Part shown: piece by piece, positions 61,338-64,000 of the stretch | Position numbering within the stretch: position 1 is the stretch's first letter | Layout: each line of letters opens with the position of its first letter | Origin: Saccostrea cucullata | Lineage: Eukaryota | DNA: 64,000 bases | Reading direction: 5' to 3' | NCBI RefSeq assembly: GCF_032062105.1 | Contig: NW_026928197.1 | Span: forward strand, 248,001-312,000 | The notes under the pieces: model-generated | What the model was told of the DNA's origin: nothing | The model's input: only the letters and a program-made list of their open reading frames with translations | Database searches by the model: none | Translations under genes and position numbers: made by a program

Positions 61338-62522
61338 ATGGATAACGACACATATTTATCCGAGAAACTTGAAAAGTGGAATAGTAAACTAGCCAAAGGG
61401 TTAACTCCGAATAATGTGATCCTCTCTCTGTATATTATTATAGGACTGGTGGGAAATTCTGTCGTCATTCTAATTTATGGATTTAAAATGAAAGGCAACA
61501 AAGAAGAAAGGTATTTTATCCCATTTCTTGCCTTTGCAGATTTGTGGGCCTCCTTTGTATGCGGTTCATTCGGTATTGCTCTTAACATGATGCAAGCCCA
61601 GTTTAATAACACAGATTTGTGTAAAGCGTGGTGGTTCTTCGCAGCTTTTACAACTTTTTGTTCTCTTTTTATTCTATTGATAATTGCTGTGCACAGATAT
61701 CGGAAGGTCTGCAAGCCTCTTTGCAAGCAGATGACATTAAAGTGGAAAAGAGTTGCGATGTGTATTGCGTTAATAACAGCGTTCACCTTATCTGTGCCCA
61801 TGACTCATTTTTATGGTTCCGTACCCTTTCCCAATGATGCAGAGGGCATAACTGGTTTAAGATGCAGCAGACTGAAGACCGTCAACAAAACTGGGTCTTT
61901 GATTTTTGGAGGAATTCTAGTCTTGGCAGCTATAACAATCATTATTACTCTTATTTGTCTTTATACCAAGATAGGATACACTATTCTTAAGCATTTCAAG
62001 TATACGAAGACAAGTAACAACTTTGGGACAGAACACGCCAGTAAGACCGATCAATCTCAAGTTGGAGTCTCAAGTAGTGATAACCCACTGAGTGATACAG
62101 AAAATGGGACCGAAGACATCGGACTGTCTAGCATTCAACCTGCTCCAACTTCTTCTACAGCAACAGGAACGCCCCCTACCATCGATACAACACCCACTGT
62201 AAGAAAAACAGTTCCCTTCAAGTCCAGTGCAAAGAAAAGAAAGGAGAAAGACAACCGTAAAGTTGTCTACAAATTCACTCTGATGTTCATGCTAATCACA
62301 GTCATTTTCCTCATCTGCTATATCCCAAAGGTCATTATTATGCTGCTAGAAGCCAGGAATCCCAAATTTTGGGAGGAATTCTCGGACTCCGCTAGAGCTG
62401 GGGTCTTGTTTGTGTACAGAATGTACATCATAAACAATATTACTAATCCTTTCATATACGCTTTCCTGGACAATATGTTTGCAAAACAGATAAAACATTT
62501 CTTCAGATTCTGCAGATGCTAA
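61338..62522 (+). CDS. Orphan class A GPCR, intact, outer subtype (G11, 394 aa)
   Basis: Full 7TM ORF; shares WNSKLA..L.PNNVILSLY and CK.WWFFA with G1. Confidence 0.95.
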   Translation: MDNDTYLSEKLEKWNSKLAKGLTPNNVILSLYIIIGLVGNSVVILIYGFKMKGNKEERYFIPFLAFADLWASFVCGSFGIALNMMQAQFNNTDLCKAWWFFAAFTTFCSLFILLIIAVHRYRKVCKPLCKQMTLKWKRVAMCIALITAFTLSVPMTHFYGSVPFPNDAEGITGLRCSRLKTVNKTGSLIFGGILVLAAITIIITLICLYTKIGYTILKHFKYTKTSNNFGTEHASKTDQSQVGVSSSDNPLSDTENGTEDIGLSSIQPAPTSSTATGTPPTIDTTPTVRKTVPFKSSAKKRKEKDNRKVVYKFTLMFMLITVIFLICYIPKVIIMLLEARNPKFWEEFSDSARAGVLFVYRMYIINNITNPFIYAFLDNMFAKQIKHFFRFCRC

Positions 62523-64000
62523 TGTAACATTTTATTGTTGTTCTTTTTCATTCTTTTCTTGATAATGTCGTTTAAGTCTCCGTTTTATGTCTAGTTTAAT
62601 ATTTCTCTGTAGATAGACAATATCCATGACGACTTACATTCTATCTCAAAGGGCAAGTTTTTATTTTACCATTTATTTTCTTTCAGGAAAGATTCTCAAT
62701 TCAGAAATCATCATGTTAAAAATTAATAAAATGATGTGAAATAAATTTAGGACAGATGAAACATACCAACAATGGATGCCTGGATAAGCATATATTTTGG
62801 GGTCCATTTTTGTTGCAAATGATACAAACAACAACTTTCTTAATTGCCAATAACTTTCTTAAATGTTTAGAAATTATAAACCTTCTGTGGTGTTCAAAAT
62901 TCTTACTCTCTGCGATCATCCTTTTTAATCTATACAAGTAGTTTCCTTTCAGATCCGAACATTGGGGAATTTTTGAGAGAATAAACTACGTTGTGAACCT
63001 TGTTCATTTTACTCATTTAAATATGACTCAAGTTGTTATTTTTAATTTTATAATAAAAGTTTGTTTGTATCATCTGCCCTTCAGTTGTTTCTTTATTTGA
63101 GACTACGCAATAAAATTGAACAAAACATAAAATAATTATTAGAAGTTTAAAGACGTACAACACACCGGGGGAGATAACTCTTGCGATTTCAATTGAACGT
63201 TTGACGTGACGTCAAATTTAACGTCAAAAATAAAGCGTCAAAACGACGAGTAAAACGATCCCGATGTATATCAATCATGAAAGAAAATTGGGATATGGGG
63301 CTTGGCTGTAATTGTGCGTATCATACTCAATCAATAAGTATTTTTTAATTAACCCGATTAAACTCCGTAAAAAGCAAGACATAAAATACCATCCCTTAAT
63401 GTTTATTTCATTTCATTTCATATACAATAAATTGTATTTTTGATCAAAGCGCAGCATTTTTTTTTTATTCTGAAAATTTTATTTTACATTGCCGAAATTC
63501 TCATTATGTACAATTGGCTATATAACATTCCGATTAATGGTCTTCATTACAATTTGTGCATTTACGATATAAATATTGTTTTTCTTCTTTAACTAAATAA
63601 AACAACAATAAATAAACAAAAAAATCTTTTTACAATGTAAAATCGATGTTGTTCTCAGACCCTTACTGATCAAAGAGGAACAACTCTGAAAATGTAGGAG
63701 ATGTTTATTTTCCTCCCTTTATTCACGGTTTTCCACAGAATGAGATACATTTACAGCAAGACCTGATAAATCCGAGAATTGAATACAATAGACCTCATAT
63801 ACACAATGTAAGTATAGAATTGAAAAGAATTGTTAACTTGTACTGAAATTATCTGCATTTATGAATATCCTATTGCAGCAAATCGTTTGACTTTCTGTAC
63901 AATGTCTGTTCGCATTTCCTCGAATCAAAACAAAACGTTGCTTATAAGATTTTGAAAAATATCAAAGTGCGATTTGATATAAATTGAAATAGATGAAGAG

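Noticed and set aside
18714-61837. Recurring minus-strand and alternate-frame ORFs overlapping the GPCRs (MQTLRYLCT..., MITVEFPK..., MSISLG...)
   Set aside because: Shadows of the GPCR coding sequence; they recur only because the genes are paralogous.
18445-62522. Assigning CCKAR/HCRTR or another gene symbol to the GPCRs, or CUBN/tolloid to the CUB gene
   Set aside because: Orthology cannot be shown from motifs; the CUB protein lacks EGF and astacin domains.
63165-64000. gggggagataactc...gacgtca-rich possible transposon end
   Set aside because: No matching second terminus inside the window, so it cannot be delimited.

Overview
Very AT-rich metazoan genomic DNA, most likely an oyster (Ostreidae) or related bivalve; this is inferred from recall of oyster-type repeats (~166-168 bp Cg170-like satellite inside a Helentron-type non-autonomous element, tRNA-derived SINE, Penelope-like RT remnant). 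Two gene systems sit head-to-head. (1) Minus strand, 4776-15602: a 15-coding-exon gene assembled by hand. It encodes ~740 aa: signal peptide, 4 CUB domains, one TM helix and a Cys/basic/Pro-rich tail, and has one GC-AG intron. (2) Plus strand, 18445-62522: a tandem array of 13 copies of an orphan class A (rhodopsin-like) GPCR with an intronless CDS and HRY/CYIPK/NPxIY motifs (6 intact, 5 disrupted, 2 relics). The array has similar outer genes, inner A/B subtypes, a recent ~5.69 kb triplication with mosaic tracts, and a shared frameshift that splits the receptor in ICL3. Introns and spacers hold many non-autonomous elements, including three long fold-back elements capped by C-GNA-G triloops.
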